A stretch of DNA of 63,067 bases, filler included, from Stramenopiles sp. TOSAG23-6 (lineage: Eukaryota), in the NCBI GenBank assembly GCA_900128565.1. It is 11 parts of 11 records of this genome, joined end to end, with 100 filler letters (N's around TTAATTAATTAA, not from the genome) between each part and the next. Parts side by side here need not be neighbours in the genome. Positions count along the whole stretch, not along the records: positions 57,455 to 63,067 come from LT636867.1; 10 more parts are not named here. The stretch is one strand, 5' to 3'. Made by a program: the position numbers and the translations under genes. The notes below the pieces were generated by a model, which saw nothing but the letters and a program-made list of their open reading frames with translations, made no database searches and had not been told where the DNA came from. This document shows positions 59,804 through 63,067 of this stretch, one piece after another; position 1 is the first letter of the stretch; each line of letters starts with the position of its first letter.

Positions 59804-62800
59804 ATGGGAAGTGGTGCATCAACATCTAAAGGTTCCTCTAAGCCTTCTAATTCCGTTGAAAATGAGCAAAACTTGCAACCTTTCCCATCAACAATCCCGG
59901 AAACTAATTCTGATAATTCTGTTATAAATAATAGCACTTCAGCAGGAGATTTGCTCTTAATGAGGGGCACAGTTGAATCGCAGAATCATCCGATATATGC
60001 TGTAAATCTGGAACAACACAATCGTAATTTATACTGGCAAAGTCGCGCTTTTGTGAATCCTACTAATAATTTTCAGAGTCAAATTCCAACACAGCAACTT
60101 CTCCAAGGCACACAAAATCAACAGAGACAAATACACGTACAAGATGACGTTGCGTTGCAGCTTGCAATTGAAGCCAGTAAAAAGGAATATAACAGACAGA
60201 AATATAATAGTCAAAATATTACAGGTAATCTGCAATCTACAGAAAATAAGAGGAATGAGATAGGTATTACTAATGAATTGAATAACCCTAACCCTAATGA
60301 ATTGAATGAAAGCGCATCTGTTCTAAATGGTTCACAAAATACAACTGAAAGTGAATTACACCGTGCTATTGAAGAGTCAAAAAGTTCTTTTGAAGCAGAT
60401 GAAAATCGACGTAAAAATGTAGGTGTCCATCATGAATTTCATTCAATTTTTTTTTACTATGAAAATTTCGTACCTAACGAATTTCAAACTTTTTGAAATA
60501 TTTTTTCACAACACATAATCCTCTGTATAAATATAGTAATACCGATGATGCGGAAATTTGGGTTGTACCCAAAGGAGTAGTTCCACGATCATCACAATGG
60601 TCTAAACTTCAAACTGCTGCAATGAGTGTTTCAGGGTTAACTGGAGGAAATAATGTACAAATGTACGTTTTTATTATAAATTTCAAATTTTTTTTTCGTA
60701 GATAATTTCGTACCTAATGAATATTTTTAATGAATTTCAAAATATATTTTTCACAATACATAGATAGACGGAGTACTATAGATGAAGAGAAATTCAGTCA
60801 GCAACAACTTCAACACAGACTTTTATGTCAACTAGTTCCTTTATATATAACAAAAAACATCTCGAATATTCCAAGCAAGGAAGTAGAAAATACGAATAGA
60901 TTAAATACAAAAACTGAAGAATTGCTTCATCGTTGCTTCGAACAGAATGATCCAATCGATCCCAATGCTATTGATTGTATATCTGGATTAAGTCTTCTCC
61001 ATTTAGCAGTACAGGTATCTTCCTTGCAATTAATTGAAACTCTTTTAAATATTGGACGCGCAAATCCAAATATTTTATGCACTGAAAATAATAACCGCCG
61101 AAATACTATAACTCCACTATTACTTGCGACGCAACATAATAATAAGACGATAGACAGAAGAGATATTAAACACATGAAGAATATTCAACATTCACAAAAT
61201 AAGATTGTTCAGTTATTACTTGGAGCAGGCGCAGATCCAAATATGAAAGATATAAATGGAAACACAGCATTACACAACGCGGCTACACACGGAAACACAA
61301 AAATGATACTTCAGCTAACAATGTGCGATGCAGATATATCTCTTTTAGATAAAAGAGGGAGGACACCGATAGATGTAGCTGTGGACGAAGGTCATTGGAA
61401 TTCCATGGAACTATTATTAGCAGTACAAAATGAACCTAATACTGTAGCTAGTGTATTTGCATCTTTAGAGCAGAACAAAGAAAAAGATGTTGGACAAAAC
61501 CTTCATGAAGAAAAACAAGACGATGAAGGAATTATAGTATATACTAATAATGAAAAACGAATTCGCTTACTCAATGAACTGGAATCTACTTTTAGTGGAT
61601 GTTCAACCAAAAAGAAAATAGATAAATTCTCATTACAAAATAGTAAAACAAAGAGAAATATGTACGCATCGCGGAGAGATGTGGATGCAAAAGCAAAGTC
61701 AATAAAAGAGGAATATGAATCCAAAATAGAGGAAATGCGTTTACAGCAAGAAAAGGAACGTACAGCATTACACAAAATGCATAAAAAACTAGAAGCAACT
61801 GAAATGTTGTCAGATAAACAGGCTAAAGATTTACAAGATCGAGAAGCAGAAATGAAGGCGAGGGAACAAGAATTAAGCGTAAAATGTAAACAATATAGTG
61901 ATGCTCTTGCCGAGATACAAACTGTACAAACTGAAAAACAAAGTCTTCAAAGTTTCATTGATGAAAAGGATAGACATTTTGAAATGGAAAATAAGTTAAA
62001 ACAAGAAGAATGGAAAAAGAAATTAGAACGACAGGAAATCGTCATTCGGAAAAAGGAGCAATTAGAAAGAGAGGAATATGCCGATAAAATTAACAAACAG
62101 CTTCGTGACGAATGGACGATTCGTCTAAATAAGTTGAGCCAGAAGAAACAGGACGAATTCAATAATTCTTTAGCTTTGAAGGACGCAGAAATGCAACGAA
62201 AAACAGTGGAGATGAAAAATAGAGAAGATAGAATAAAAGGGGACGCTGACATACTCGCGACTAAATTACAATTTCAACATGACAAAGCTATGCAAGAAAA
62301 AATAGATTACGAAAAACAGTTATGTGCAATACAGTCGAAACAGGAACACGAGAAAGGTATTTTACACAAGGAGGTACAAAAACAATCCAAGTTGAATGAA
62401 GCAGAGACTGAAAAACTTCGTAAAGAACAAGCAGAATTATTAGATAAAGAGAGGCGTGTAATGCAGCAAATGGAAATAAGAATGAAAGACCTTGAGGAAA
62501 AGGAACGCATTGCAAAGGAGCTTTGTGATCGACAGAGTAGACAAATATTAGAGACTGAAAAGAGGGCTGAAGAGGACAAAAAACGTCTTCAAGCCCAATG
62601 GTCGCGAGAAATGGAACAACAGGAACTTGCACTGCGTCAACAAGAACGAATTCTTCGTGCAAAAAGAGAGAAAGAACTTGAAGAACGGCTAAAATGTGAA
62701 TGGGAAAATCGGATTACAAAATTAAACAATGAAAAGAATGATACACTGATGTTGGAACTTGAACGCAAAGAGCTTGAAGTAAAACAGAAGGAAATAGAAA

Positions 62801-63067
62801 TACAAGAACGCCTTCAGAAAGCCATGGAAAAATCCAATGAGGCTGCGAAAACATTGCAAGAGAAGGAGAATGAAGCAACAGCCAATGTAAAACGTTTCCA
62901 GATTGCATTAAATGAACACCAAGCAAAGGCAGAACATGAAAAGGGTGCCTTACTCAAGGAGATACAAAAACAATCCAAGTTGAATGAAACAGAGACTGAA
63001 AAGCTTCGTAAAGAGCAAGCAGAATTATTAGATAAAGAGAGGCGTGTAATGCAGCAAATGGAAATAA
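59804..63067 (+). CDS. Putatively myristoylated UIM/ankyrin/coiled-coil protein, 3'-truncated; exons 59804-60418, 60517-60662, 60762->63067
   Basis: MGSGAS; ALQLAIEASK and ELHRAIEESK; GADPNMKDINGNTALHNA; frame open to the window end. Confidence 0.8.
60419..60516 (+). mobile_element. GT-AT introner intron
   Basis: aAT|GTAGGT..TACCTAAC..caacacAT|aat; in frame. Confidence 0.82.
60663..60761 (+). mobile_element. GT-AT introner intron
   Basis: aAT|GTACGT..TACCTAAT..caatacAT|aga; the AG immediately downstream is out of frame. Confidence 0.85.

Overview
AT-rich, gene-dense nuclear DNA from a microbial eukaryote (lineage not determinable from this window). It consists of 11 contigs of about 5.6 kb joined by artificial 100-nt linkers (N-run + TTAATTAATTAA + N-run), so adjacency across linkers is meaningless. 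Recognisable genes or fragments include MSH4, NOL6/UTP22, V-ATPase subunit d, a BMT5-like methyltransferase, PGM3, a Trf4/Cid1-like nucleotidyltransferase, xylulokinase, a PH-PIP5K, SWR1, RFC2, SLC12, RPN2, an ankyrin/WW kinesin, UTP25, MOB1, a U-box/Sel1 protein, PIG-G and RPT5. The main signal is the introns. Essentially every intron I could reconstruct belongs to one repeat family (introner-like, mostly 90-140 nt) with a GTAYGT-type donor, a TTCGTACGAAATTTTGTACCTAAC core and an AAATATTTTT..AATAC end, and almost none ends in AG. Of 38 introns with both ends visible, 35 end in AT, 2 in AG and 1 in TT, and the acceptor dinucleotide usually duplicates the last two bases of the upstream exon. 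This points to a transposon-derived, predominantly GT-AT spliceosomal intron system. All splice sites were inferred by hand from reading frames and protein conservation, not from RNA data. Several genes are joined chimerically exactly at these introns, most likely by misassembly or amplification artefact.
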